Positions 1 to 12,146 of a stretch of 64,000 nucleotides of DNA are shown in pieces. Numbering within the stretch: position 1 is the first letter of the stretch; every line of letters begins with the position of its first letter. This stretch comes from Octopus sinensis (Eukaryota), in the NCBI RefSeq assembly GCF_006345805.1, contig NC_043006.1, positions 12,586,001 to 12,650,000 of the forward strand, in the 5' to 3' direction. A model generated the notes under the pieces. The model was not told where the DNA came from and ran no database searches. It saw nothing but the letters and a program-made list of their open reading frames with translations. The translations under genes were made by a program, and so were the position numbers.

Positions 1-430
1 ATATTTGGTTTTGTACTTAGTATTGTTCTAGAGAATGTTTAAGAAACCATAAGAAAATTATGTTTGTTTTAAAATTTGAGATTATAAAGACGATATTTCA
101 TGTAGGATATGGACAGTTCCCATGAGCACTATCTTTTTAATTTCTGCCATTTTGGGGTTTCCTGGTATCTGAGGTAGGTAGGAATCAGACCCTTTTGCTA
201 TCTTTCCTAAGGCATCTATGTTATATAACAACAGTTATATTTTAGTCTTGAGGTTCCACATTTTGTCAATTTCTATTTCAAGATCTTTATACTTATCCAG
301 TTTTTGGTAGGTCTTGACAGATACATTTATGTCGATTGAGACAGTCATATCAATAAGGAGGCATGACTTTTGTCTCAAGTTTTTCATTATAATATCTGGC
401 CTATCATAGTCTATCTTCCTGTCTGTTTGA
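1..430 (-). mobile_element. Dong/R4-like non-LTR retrotransposon 3' fragment (RLE domain plus 3' UTR), subfamily alpha
   Basis: ORF 235-444 reads TIQTDRKIDYDRPDII...CLLIDMTVSIDINVSVKTYQKLDKYKDLEIEIDKMWNLKT, a PD..D-K-K restriction-like endonuclease. The same tail recurs at 9361-9690, 55128-55378 and 58998-59585. Confidence 0.85.
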
Positions 431-690
431 ATGGTGAGGTTCACAGCATATTTTGCTGGGTATGATGGAAAGTATGAGCTGTTCAGAGCCAGCAGGAGAC
501 ACTTGTTTACTGGTCATGCTTCAAGAACCCTTCGAAGAATTCTTGCAGTTCCAAGCAATGCTGATTTTTGTGGGTGTTCTACCTTCACTTTGATTGCCGA
601 TACTTCCAAGTGCACCAATTATTATTAGTATCACGTCTACTCTCTTCATTGGCCACAATCTTCGTATTTCCCCTTTAAATCGTCATTCTT
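431..690 (-). mobile_element. Dong/R4-like LINE 3' end, subfamily beta
   Basis: Minus strand reads DDLKGEIRRLWPMKRVDVILIIIGALG...QKSALLGTARILRRVLEA* plus a UTR. A related fragment lies at 58180-58290. Confidence 0.75.
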
Positions 691-747
691 TTTCTTCCTC
701 TCCTCCTTCTTCTTCTTCTTCTTCTTCCTCTCCTCCTTCTTCTTCTT

Positions 748-778
<31 letters not shown>

Positions 779-780
779 TA
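691..780. repeat. (TCT)n microsatellite
   Basis: Direct reading; source of the poly-Ser ORF 594-962. Confidence 0.95.
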
Positions 781-1815
781 ATTATTATTATGGCCACGAA
801 CTGGCGGAATCGTTTGCATATCTCATACAATGTTCAGCGCGATTTCTTCAGATTCTTTATGTTCTGAGTACAAAGGTAGTCTTCCCGGTTCATCCTTTTG
901 GAGAAAATAATGGACTTGTCTCCTCCACACACAAATTGCTTGACTTTGTACTAAAAATATGAAACCTTTATTTGTTATCTCGCTTAAGATTAGTAAATTA
1001 GTACAAACTAACCCTCCCCTACCATGTACACGTTTGTGTATACACAAGAAATCTTATGAGTGATATATAACTGGCTAAAATTTTACATATATACATTAAT
1101 ATCACATCGTCTGTATGACTAAGTATTTGTGTTGTTCTGCCAGTGCTGATATGGCAAACCTAGCAGTAAGGCGCTCCAGCTATGACTACCACTCTTTTCT
1201 ATATCTCGACCTTCATTCCATTCTTTATCACTTTTATCGTGATGGAAATTTGTTTTGTGAGAGATGAGTCTACTATACCTTGCAGTTCACTCCACAGTAG
1301 ACAGGTTCTTTTGTTGGCGACAGCTTACCAATAACATGTATGTAGTGTGCGTAAGCGAAGCATTTATCCCACACTATTGTTAAGAACCTCTTGCCTACAA
1401 CATTATTCAACTGAACTCTAACAAAGAAAATTATGTTGATATTCTACGACAATCAGTTGAATTCATAATCAGGAAGAGATGTAGCATTGCACGTGTTGGA
1501 CGTCATAAATCTCTCAATACATAATCCGGTATCTCGCATAGTCCGGTAAGTTTTGACTGCTCCGCCATTTATTTATGATATTGAACTTCCACATCATATT
1601 GAACTGCCAAAAGTGATTTGTAGTTTTAGCTCTTATAATACCCACCCCCCCAAAAAAAAACAACCCCAGTAAATTCAATGTCTGGAAGCATTTATTAGTT
1701 GTATTATTATTTCATGATTTAAGTTATTCTTGCTTTCAGTTTCTGTTTACCGGCATTTTTCCGTGACCTGACAATGACCGGATGTAAGCAATCCAATCAT
1801 GTTTTCTGCCAGTTA

Positions 1816-2215
1816 AATGCGGCGAGCTGGCAGAAACGTTAGCACGCCTGGCGAAATGCTTTGCGGTATTTCGTCTGCCGATACGTTCTGAGTTCAAATT
1901 ACGCCGAGGTCGACTTTGTAGTTCATCCTTTCCGAGTTGATTAAATAAGTACCAGTTACGTACTGAGGTTGATGTAATCGACTTAATCCGTGTGTCTGTC
2001 CTTGTTTGTCTTCTCTATGTTTAGCCCCTTGTGGGTAGTAAAGAAATAGGTATCTCGTCTGTCGTTAGGTTCTGAGTTTAAATTTCGCCGAGGGTGACTT
2101 TGCCTTTCAGCCTTTCGGGGTCCATGAAATAAGAACCAGTTGAGTACTGAGGTCAACGTAATCGACTCACCTCTCCCTAAATTGCTGGCCTTGTGCCAAA
2201 CTTTTAAATCCTTAT
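1816..2215 (+). mobile_element. SINE family A dimer (full unit plus headless unit with a different tail)
   Basis: Head gcggcgagctggcagaaacgttagcac, B-box-like gagttcaaatt, core gcctttcatcctttcggggtcgataaa. The second unit starts at the junction aaagaaatag|gtatctcg. Confidence 0.9.
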
Positions 2216-2672
2216 TTTCTGTCACTCTGTAGCGTGGATATGAAGGCAACAGGAAAACATATGAGGCAGCTAATAGCTTGTTTAGGCGGTAAATTCTTAG
2301 AATCCATAAAACCTTGAACAAAATACTTTATGTTCTGAGTTCGAATTCTGAGTCTCTGTTTTCTGAATTTGAATCTCTTTCGTATCAACTTTCATCCTTC
2401 AGGGTCGATAAGATAAAATATTTAAATTACATGAGTGCAGACATCTATTTTTTTTTCTTTTGCAGGTGTCACATCTTTGATGTTCCGCTGGTTCACAAGT
2501 ACGAAGTCATAGAGAGTGTCTGTATCTGCTTACGACCACACCGATATAAGCTGCAACGACTTGGCATGTTGCTGCCAAGTGAAGATCGAAGAGGATGCTT
2601 GCAAATGAATTTTAAAAAATGATCTAGTTTGCATTTCATAAATCATTTCAGCTTTATGCCACATGAGCTATA

Positions 2673-2884
2673 AAGGGTGTCCACTAAGTGTGGGTACATG
2701 GAGTAAATAAAATCATAATATAAACAATTAAATATAAGAAATAGTAATTTCGTAAAGTATGTGTTAATTCCCATGTGGGTACATGGAATAAATAAAATCA
2801 TAATATAAAGAATTAAATATAAGAAATAATAATTTCTTAAAGTATGTGTTAATGCCCATGTACCCAGACTTTGTGGACACCCTG
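2673..2884. mobile_element. Tc1/mariner-type MITE with internal ~85-bp tandem duplication
   Basis: TIRs (a/c)agggtgtccac(t/a)aagt(g/c)tgggtacatgg at both ends, flanked by TA (2671-72 and 2885-86). Confidence 0.8.
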
Positions 2885-3599
2885 TATTTCGCAGACATGA
2901 TATCAATAATTACAACAAACGTTGCAAAATCATAATACAACAAACATGTTAGGGAGCAGCACAACTGGCTGAATTAACCGTGGTAAGCCGATAAGAGAAT
3001 ATTTATGAGATTTCTTGTCTTGTAAGAAATAACTGCTAGATATTTCTTCAGTCAAATTCTATTGTCTTGAATACAGAAGAACACATTTGATGCTACAATT
3101 CTTGATAATAGTTCCAGATAACCTATGTCCAAGCAACAATGAGTGGTTTGAAAATATGTGATCAAATATCTACGTAATCGGGGTGCAACTGGATCTAAAC
3201 AAGAACAAAAAAACATCAACGTTAACAACAATAACAGCTGCAACATTGATGTTTATTGTGTTAGCCTTCGATGGTTGGATGGCATAACTTAATTCGGTGC
3301 TATATGAACGCAGAATATTAAAGAACGGAATCTTCATAAATATTGCATTACTGGACGCAAATTCAACACTATACAAAACTGTACTTCACTGGCCTGCACA
3401 TCTGCATTAATAAAACAAGTGCATTCCTTGTTGCCAATAGTTGTAGCTGCACCAAAATGAAACAAGCGACAGAAGTAAGCGTGACCATCGAACAATAGCG
3501 GTCGAATACCCCGCTTCCACAAACCTCACGCATTAGCAACTTAACATATTAACGTGTTACTTAAGAAACTCTCCCGCTGCCACAAATACCAAACAAAAA

Positions 3600-3885
3600 C
3601 AAGGTTATATGATGTATTCTAAATTTGATAACAATTGTCAATCAAGAACCGGATCATCCTCGTAATTTCGACTGATTAATCTTGAGATTGCTTCAATCTG
3701 GCTAGCCCCAAGGAAAAACTAACCTAAGAGCATTAGATTCCTTGGAAAAAAAGCATCGAATGTATACGAAACAAGAACGGAAAAACGGACGATGTTACAC
3801 GAATAAAAATACAAAAATAATACAAAAAAAAACAATAATAAAAAATAATAAGAGGACAAAACAACAGGCGTTTTTCGACTGGATA
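3600..3885 (-). mobile_element. Penelope-like pLTR fragment
   Basis: Shares gatgatccggttc and a T-rich body with 41340-41460 and abuts (TA)n. Family assignment is inference. Confidence 0.45.
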
Positions 3886-5287
3886 TATATATATATATAT
3901 AAAGGAAATATCATTGCGATATTTTTCTTCTGAAAATAATGACATATTTCTCACAACATATACCAAAGTATTTACACATACGTATATATACGCATACACA
4001 CAAAATGGCTTATATAAAGAGACGCTAGAAAAGATAAATCTTGTTTCACGGTATTATACATGGAAATTTTCAACTTCATTGGAACTCTACAAATTTACTC
4101 AACTCAACATTAGACTGGCAAGAAACTATTAATTTCATGTTATCAGCAATCTATCATACAGCAAATGGAGCCTTATCACAGAAGGAAGTTCCTTGTTTCT
4201 GGTCATGGAATATATTTATACTGAAGTAGTTATTATTTAGCAATCACTCCAAGCATACCAGGTTGATTAGATTAACATCACCGAAATATATGAAGTTAGA
4301 GGGCTCCGTAACGCATTGACGTGTACGAGTATCACTTAAAGGCATTATCTTTATACAGTGTCTCTAACAGACATCGGCCGGCTTCTCTCAAGTCATACTG
4401 ATGGGAAGATTTGAAATCAATATTCTAAACTGTAATTGATCTATATTCTATACCATGGATATTCTAGTTGCGAATTACATTCCATAGATATTGATACATA
4501 TAAAATGATGCTGTATATATTAATATTTATGTTCTGTGCGAGTGAAAGTAAAGTAAAATTATTTTAGCCATCGACAGATCGATGGACAGGAAGTAATATA
4601 TACTAGGACTACTGATCCCTTTAACCGACAGACTACTGATCTGTCTTCCAACGACCTCTCTAGGCAGTGATTTAGTATAGTCGTTAGAGGGCGATCGTGG
4701 CTGAGGCATTTATTCCGGTGTTGTAAGTTCAGATCGTGGCTAGGTCAGCTTTGCCTTTTATCATTTCAGAATTGATACAGAATACAGCAACCCAGTACTA
4801 GAGTTTATTGTACTTTTCTTCTCTTTCCCTCAGAGAGAAACATGCATTCAGATCTGAAAACTGACACGCTGTGCTGAGTGTAAGACGTTCAAGGCACGCT
4901 GAATGCTACATAGGTGACACAACGACTATGTTAGTTGCTGAAAGGCCAAGAAAAGAAGGACAGAACTCTTTTCAAATTATATTGCTGTTCTCCAAACTAA
5001 CAAGTGACAAGTGAGAAATATCGCAATACAAGATAGTAATAGTAAATTATAAACCGAATAATTACTGCATAAGAGGCATGACATCAGAGTATTGAGGACT
5101 TAACAAGGACACTTAACAATAAAATATCAACTAGAAATGTATCTCTCATTTCTTTAGAAATTAGCTACATAGGTTAAACCATCATTTGACAGGCTCCAAC
5201 TATTACATATTTTAGTATGTCAACCATAACCATAATGAACTTTAAAAATAACAAGAGAATATAAATAATATTAGAGTACCCTTTAAG

Positions 5288-5500
5288 GTAGTGAGCTTGC
5301 AGGATATTTAGCATGCTTGGCAAAGAGCTCAACGGCAGTTCATCAGTCTTTACGTCCTGAGTTCAAATTCTACTGAGCTTGACTTGCCTTTCACCTTTTC
5401 GAGGTCGATAAAATAAGTAACAATTGAGCACTGCTATCGATGTAATAAAAGTACTCCTCCCCCGAAATTTCTAGCCTTATGCCAAAATTTGAAACCAATT
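5288..5500 (+). mobile_element. SINE family A (diverged, gccttatgccaaaatttgaaacc tail)
   Basis: Head, core and tail motifs match the other copies. Confidence 0.8.
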
Positions 5501-5751
5501 TTGGAGTAGCCTATTTTTAGTAAACTAACTGCGGAGTATGTATTGTAAAAGCTCATTCGCCCTGCTGCTCTCATAACATTGAGATACATATGCAAAAATG
5601 TAGGTTGAAAAAGCACCTGTTAACTAGTTGATAGATGGATTCCATTTGATAAAGTATCCCTTCCTTAACCTATTGTCAGAGGGGTTGTTTTGTACGTAAA
5701 AATTTTCTAAAATTCTTCATAACAGACATAGCTTTTCTGAACGAGTTGTTA

Positions 5752-6439
5752 GTAGTATTTCGTCTACCGTTACGTTGTGAGTTCAAATCCCGCCGAGGTC
5801 GACTTTGCCTTTCATCCTTTCGGGGTGGATTAAATAAGTACCAGTTACGCACTGGGATCGACTTAATCCGTTTGTCCCATCTGTGTTTAGCCCCTGGTGG
5901 GTAATAAAGAAATAGGTATTTCGTCTGCCGCTACGTTCTGAGTTCAAATTCCGCCGAAGTCGACTTTGCCTTTCATCCTTTCGGGGTCGATTAAATAAGT
6001 ACCAGTTACGCACTGGGGTCGACTTAATCCGTTTGTCTGTCCTTGTTTGTCCCATCTGTGTTTAGCCCCTTGTGGGTAATAAAGAAATAGGTATTTCGTC
6101 TGCCGCTACGTTCTGAGTTCAAATTCCGCCGAGGTCGACTTTGCCTTTCATCCTTTCGGGGTCGATTAAATAAGTACCAGTTACGCACTGGGGTCGACTT
6201 AATCCGTTTGTCTGTCCTTGTTTGTCCCATCTGTGTTTAGCCCCTTGTGGGTAATAAAGAAATAGGTATTTCGTCTGCCGCTACGTTCTGAGTTCAAATT
6301 CCGCCGAGGTCGACTTTGCCTTTCATCCTTTCGGGTTCGATTAAATAAGTACCAGTTACGCACTGGGATCGACTTAATCCATTTGTCTGTCCTTGTTTGT
6401 CCTCTCCGTGTTTAGCCCCTAGTGGGTAGTAAAGAAATG
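5752..6439 (+). repeat. Tandem array of 4 headless SINE-A units (~160-175 bp)
   Basis: Units start at about 5754, 5915, 6090 and 6265, joined by aaagaaatag|gtatttcg. Confidence 0.95.
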
Positions 6440-8429
6440 GATTTCTTTGTTCTACATCTTATAGTTATTTAGCCCTGTGTCAGCCATGATCTGGTAGATC
6501 TACGATGAAAGTCTATTCTAGTCGTTTATAAACATCCAACGCAGCATTATCCAATCTTAAAGTGCTGTTTCTATAAGACAGTGGTCTGTGATTTGACGAA
6601 GATTTTGGTGGATTATTCTCGCAGGTCACAGTCTTTCGGAGCCTATGTATTTATGTAATCGATTAGTTGTTCAGATTTCGATGCTACCGGCATATGACGA
6701 TATAATTGTATGTAATCTAGTTCTATATGCTTATCATGCGTATTATTATGTTGTAAAGACTCCATTAATATTGGCCAAATATTTACATCAAGATTACTGC
6801 ATCACCTAATGCATTTTATATTACCTTCTAAAAGTAATAATTTTTTTTTAATGTTTTTGGTTGATTATATGCTTGTCAATTTTATGTTGTGTACTGTCGA
6901 AAAGGGAATTTCTATCCTTAATTTTTCTGCTATTCTTTAGTGTTCATACATTTCATTTTTCTCCACAAAATATATATTATTTAAAATCTGTCAGTTCTCC
7001 CCCCAATCTTATTTTTGAAGATTTACTGAAGCTTTTAAATTATAAAATCAGCGAAATTGCGTAATTTTCGTCTTACGTGTGGTTGCAAATTCCTATTTGA
7101 AATTCCAATAATTTCTTTCTAATGGTAAACTTCTTTCTTTCACTTTTTTCCCATCTATGCTGAGTTGTTTTTGCTAATCTTGGATTGCTCACAATGGTTT
7201 CCTAAGCTACTGCATAATTTAAGTCATACTTTTTGTGGTTGCTATAGTAACAACAAAAATAATATTAATAATACTGAGATAATAATAATACCAACGATAA
7301 TAATAACAATAAATTCATTTATTGTTGCAAGGCCGACAAATGGGAGACATTACTAGAACGAATTTCAAAGCATGGATAGCGGGGTAGGATACATTTGGCA
7401 TAAAAAGAAAACAGCTAGGGATGTGGGGTACTTTATCGTGTATAAAGACATAAATCAGAAACTGACATATGAATGTAAGATAAAAAATATAAATATATAT
7501 AAAAAAAAAAACGCTTACCGGGGTGGTCTACCACGAGTATAAAAAAATAGGCATGCAAGCATAAAATAAAAACAGATTTAAGAATGAAATATTTAGAATG
7601 AAATTACTCCAATAGGGGCACACATACCTTATACCGATGAAGGAAATTACACCCCAGATATTGTTGAATACCAAGGGCAAATTTTCTCTGGTAATACTAA
7701 TTTCATACCAAAAGCTGCTGTCTGTTCAGTACAGATCCAGTCAACCTGGCCACACACACCTCTCCCTGCATTGTTATGGCATTTTAGTCGTAACTAAATG
7801 TTCAAGTGATCTACTAGAAATAGCAGCAACTTTTCCACAGTCTAACATGTAATCTTGACAAGGATAAAGAAAGACCCATCAGTCAACCTAGTTCTAAATA
7901 TTACACAAAATAAAAACGCGAGTCACGAAAATGTCTTTTGTTATAGTTCTTTCCAATCAGGATTCGTGATTGATTCAAGAACGACATGAACCACTACATA
8001 TTTCAGAAGAATTACGGGAGGGCAGCACTTTTTCTCCATGCTCACTTTCTTCCCTATGTGATACTTGAAATAATTGATTAGGGATGAACAGAGAGAAAAG
8101 AAAAAGAACTCTGGTATTGCTGATATTATTTTCTGTTATTTTTACGGCTGCGAGGTTTGCGCAGTTTGCAAGATCGTTAGCGTGTTATACAAAATGCTGA
8201 GCAGCTTTTGCTCTGAGTTTCGTGTTCAAATCCAACCAAAGTCGTCTACTGTTCATTGTTTCCAGGATGATATAGTTACTTACTAAACAAATACCAGAGT
8301 CAATATAATTGAGTAATACGGTTTGTGCCAAAAACGATCGCAAGCAGTATAGTTGTTCTAATTATGACAGCGGGACGGGCAGGTTATTTGTGCGTCGAGT
8401 TGGTTTGCCGTACGTTCTTTTGTGCAATT

Positions 8430-8925
8430 ATCGAGGCCAAGTTGCATCGTGATGTCATCACTGCATTGTTTAACAATCGCTAGTAAGCCCTTGAGTCGTT
8501 GATCCTTTTTTGCAAATGGCTTTAAATCCATGTAAATGAGTTGATTTATATTTTTATCAAATATTTTGTAACCTTACTGTGCATCGTTGAGCAATTTGGA
8601 GAGCGGTATTAAGGCTAGACAAAACAGGAGTAGTGATAGTGAGTCACCCTGGAAAATGCCACTTGAAATTCTTATATCTCCAGCATTTAGAGATTCATTG
8701 TCAAAGTCAATGTGGTTCTCTATGATCTCACACTTACAGACAAAAAGTTTTGTAGAGTAGGAGCTATTTTATACATTTCCAGACATTTCCTAATCCACAT
8801 ATGTGGTAGGCTATCAAAAGTTTTTTATAGTCTATCTAGGCTGACAAGTTTTTGTGCCATTTGTGACAATCTTATAAGATCATTTTATTGAAGAGTACCT
8901 GATCTTTACAACCATAAGATCCACG
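8430..8925 (-). mobile_element. Dong/R4-like reverse transcriptase fragment (decayed)
   Basis: Minus strand reads GCKDQVLFNKMI...IDYKKLFDSLPHMWIRKCLEMYKI...GIFQGDSLSLLLFCLALIPLSKLLN...YMDLKPFAK, with stops and frameshifts. Confidence 0.9.
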
Positions 8926-8931
8926 TTGTTA

Positions 8932-8983
<52 letters not shown>

Positions 8984-9009
8984 CATTATTATTATTATTA
9001 TTATTATCA

Positions 9010-9309
9010 TTCAGTAGTTTTATTTTTATAGCGTGCTTTCACTTCACTACCGAGCGCAGCTCTGTGTGCCTTGGGTATGTGCTGTGATTTGTTGTGATGC
9101 TCTGATGGTTATTGTATGGAAAGTGTTCTGCGTAGGATGTGTGCAGTGCCTAGTAGTGCTATTTTCTGTATGTTATATGTGTTTGTAAGTCCTGGTGTTT
9201 TTGTTATGTATTTGTCTGAATATGTTTTTATCATGCCTAATGCACCTACTATGATAGGAATTGTTTCTGTTTTTAGATTCCACACTCTGGTTACCTCTAT
9301 TTCCAGGTC

Positions 9310-9310
<1 letters not shown>
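9010..9310 (-). mobile_element. Dong/R4-like LINE 3' end, subfamily gamma, within (TAA)n
   Basis: KDLEIEVTRVWNLKTETIPIIVGALG...IQKIALLGTAHILRRTLSIQ*; (ATT)n on both sides. Confidence 0.9.
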
Positions 9311-9360
<50 letters not shown>

Positions 9361-9362
<2 letters not shown>

Positions 9363-9690
9363 TATGTTTGACTTTTGCTTTATATTTGTACAAGTTGGCT
9401 CCAAGTCTCACCCAGAGACCTCAAGAGACAACAGGGTTGGAAGTTCATGTTGTTGTTATGCCTAGTGTGCCATATATTTGGGGGGTGGGGATGTTGTACT
9501 AATGAATGTCTAAAAAAAAAAGTTGTTTTTTTTTTGTTGTTTTTTTTAAACCGAAAATTATGGTTGTTTTAAACCTTGAGGTTACATAGAGAGTATTTTG
9601 CGTAGGATATGAGCAGTTCCCATGAGCACTATCTTTTGAACTTCTGCCATTTATGGGTTTCCTGGTATCTGAGTTAGGTAGCTATCAGCC
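9361..9690 (-). mobile_element. Dong/R4-like LINE 3' end, subfamily alpha, within (TAA)n
   Basis: QIPGNP..AEVQKIVLMGTAHILRKILSM*, then a UTR ending caaaagtcaaacataga-(aat)n. Confidence 0.88.
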
Positions 9691-9707
9691 CCTTTTGCTA
9701 ATTATTA

Positions 9708-9770
<63 letters not shown>

Positions 9771-9892
9771 TTTCCTTCTTTCTTCAAATTTTCTTCCCTT
9801 TCTCGACGAGTGTTTTCCGTACACCTAGAGCAGAGAAGGTTATCGTATGCATTCCCAGATTACACACGCAAATTCACAGGTAATTATTATTA

Positions 9893-9934
<42 letters not shown>

Positions 9935-10369
9935 GTTATTATTATTATTATTATCATTATTATTATTATTATCATTATTATTATTATTTATATATTACAG
10001 ATATGTTTCATTTCTTGCAGAAAATTCATAACGACATGTGATTTTGATACGCATAAATGTTAATTATATGTTCTCCGAATATAAATTCTTTAACATAGTA
10101 ATTACATCGAATTTGTGAAATCTTGCATATATTAATTATATTTTACGATTCATAAATTCATGATATCTCTGTTTTTATGATATCATTGTCTATTTTAATT
10201 CCCGCATAAATTCATACCAAACACGATGTCTTTATACGCCAATAGATTTAGAAATGTTGCGTGTATTATGATTTCCTTGAAAGGGACACATAACAGAGAA
10301 CAGCTAGAAACATATAAACTAACCTTACACAACTATGCCAGCGTATGTATACACACACTCACATCCGCA

Positions 10370-10409
<40 letters not shown>

Positions 10410-10425
10410 TATATGTATATAAATG

Positions 10426-10462
<37 letters not shown>

Positions 10463-10730
10463 TATATATGTATATAAATTTATATATATATATATAATAT
10501 ATATATACATAATATATATGTATATAAATTTATATGTATATATATAAATATATATGTATGTATATATATATATATAAATGTATATGTATATATATAAATA
10601 TATATATATAAATAATATATATATATATATATATATAATATATATATATATTATATATATATATATATAAATATATATATATGAATATATACATCTATGT
10701 ATGTATGTATGTATGCATGCATGTATTTAA
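10370..10730. repeat. (TA)n/(TATG)n microsatellite block
   Basis: Direct reading. Confidence 0.95.
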
Positions 10731-10899
10731 AGGTAGTATATTCTGGTAATATTGCGTAGCATATTAGCAGGCCATAAATAAAAGATGACCAAATATAATA
10801 TTATGCAACATGAACAAAATCATAATTTTCAAATTTTAACATGACAAATTCGAAGTTAACAAAAGAATTGAAAGGTTGTTCGGGCTAACTACGACAGTT

Positions 10900-11749
10900 T
10901 GCATAAAAAGAAGAGAGAGCACAGTATTTCATTCACAAATACAACTATTTTGAAAATCAAAAGAAAATATCAAATAGATTATGGCTAGAAGACAACAGTT
11001 TGCTCATAGGAGATGCCTTCAACATCTAGTAGATCCTCATGATGACTCTGGAGCCTGGTGCATGCGTTTTTCACTTGTCTCTGAGAAAATCTGAGAATAG
11101 CTCCTTCATCATAGCTATCAGCGCAGCCATGGTTGGTGTCCATCTGAACAGCGTCCCATATATAGTAATCCATTGGATTACAACCAGGGTAATTAGGAAG
11201 CCAGAAATTGGTGCTGGTGAAGTCGTAATATTCTTTGACAACCACTTCAGACTTCTTCCGGAAGTATAGCAAGGAGCCAAATATTGCTGCCATATATATA
11301 TATGGCCCTTTAATAGAAATCCTCTTAAGTCACAGATTGACCAGTCTCCAGCAGCTACAAATAGTCATCTGAATTTGGCCAAAGGCCTTGCTCAAAGATG
11401 TGGGGCAGATTCACGTTGTACGCATGAAGCTAGAACTCCTGCTGTAACCTTTCCTGCTGGCCACGGCTTCGTAGTCACCATTGCAGCTGTCCATGTCAGG
11501 TTTCACAGTCTTTACAGAGTGCATTCAGCATGATGTCGGCACTTTGAATCCTGCTCGAATCATCTTGATACAGGTAAACGTTTTCCACTAGTCAGATGGC
11601 TTCCAGCACTCCCTGTCCGTTAATTTTTTCTCAACAACAACCTTAATATTCGTACTCGCCAACGCCACTGACTCTTCAGCAACGCATCAAGCTGTTTCTG
11701 ACAAAGTGGAGACATAAAATATCGTCAAATTTAACCTGAACACAGAGTA
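10900..11749 (-). mobile_element. Decayed Tc1/mariner transposon, maT (DD37D)-like
   Basis: WQQ(Y)LAPCYTSGRSLKWLSKN/YDFTSTNFWLPNYPGCNPMDYYIWDAV gives 37 residues between the 2nd (mutated) and 3rd catalytic positions after correcting one frameshift. The 5' end is TA-CTCTGTGTTCAGG. Confidence 0.8.
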
Positions 11750-11799
11750 TAACTTATTGTTATTTATAGCCAATAACAATATTCTTTTCTACTCTAGGC

Positions 11800-12065
11800 A
11801 CAAGGCCTTAAATTTTCGGGGAGAGGATAAACTTTTATGTGATATATTTTCATTCAAAAAAATGATCTTTTCTACTATAGGCAAAAGGTTTGAAATCTTG
11901 GAGGGGGGAAAGGGCAAGTCGATTACATCGACCCGAGTACGCAACTGGTACTTAATTTATTGACTCCGAAATGATGAAAGGCAAAGTCCACCTCGGCGGA
12001 ATTAGAACTCAGGACGCAAAGACAAACGGAATACTGCTAAGCATTTTGTCCGGCGTGCTGACGTC
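11800..12065 (-). mobile_element. SINE family A
   Basis: Reverse-complement core tgaaaggcaaagtccacctcggcggaattagaactcag. Confidence 0.85.
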
Positions 12066-12146
12066 TCTTTAATATTCAAAAAAATATTCAATACGTTTAA
12101 TACAAAAAAGATATATATATATGTAAACATATAAAAAAAGGGCGAC

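Noticed and set aside
2466-2622. IL-17 call for the CxC-xRP peptide
   Set aside because: The upstream cystine-knot cysteines are not identifiable; kept only as a low-confidence candidate exon.
5783-6230. Repeated MGQTRTDKRIKSTPVRNWYLFNRPRKDERQS ORFs
   Set aside because: Antisense translations of SINE-A units.
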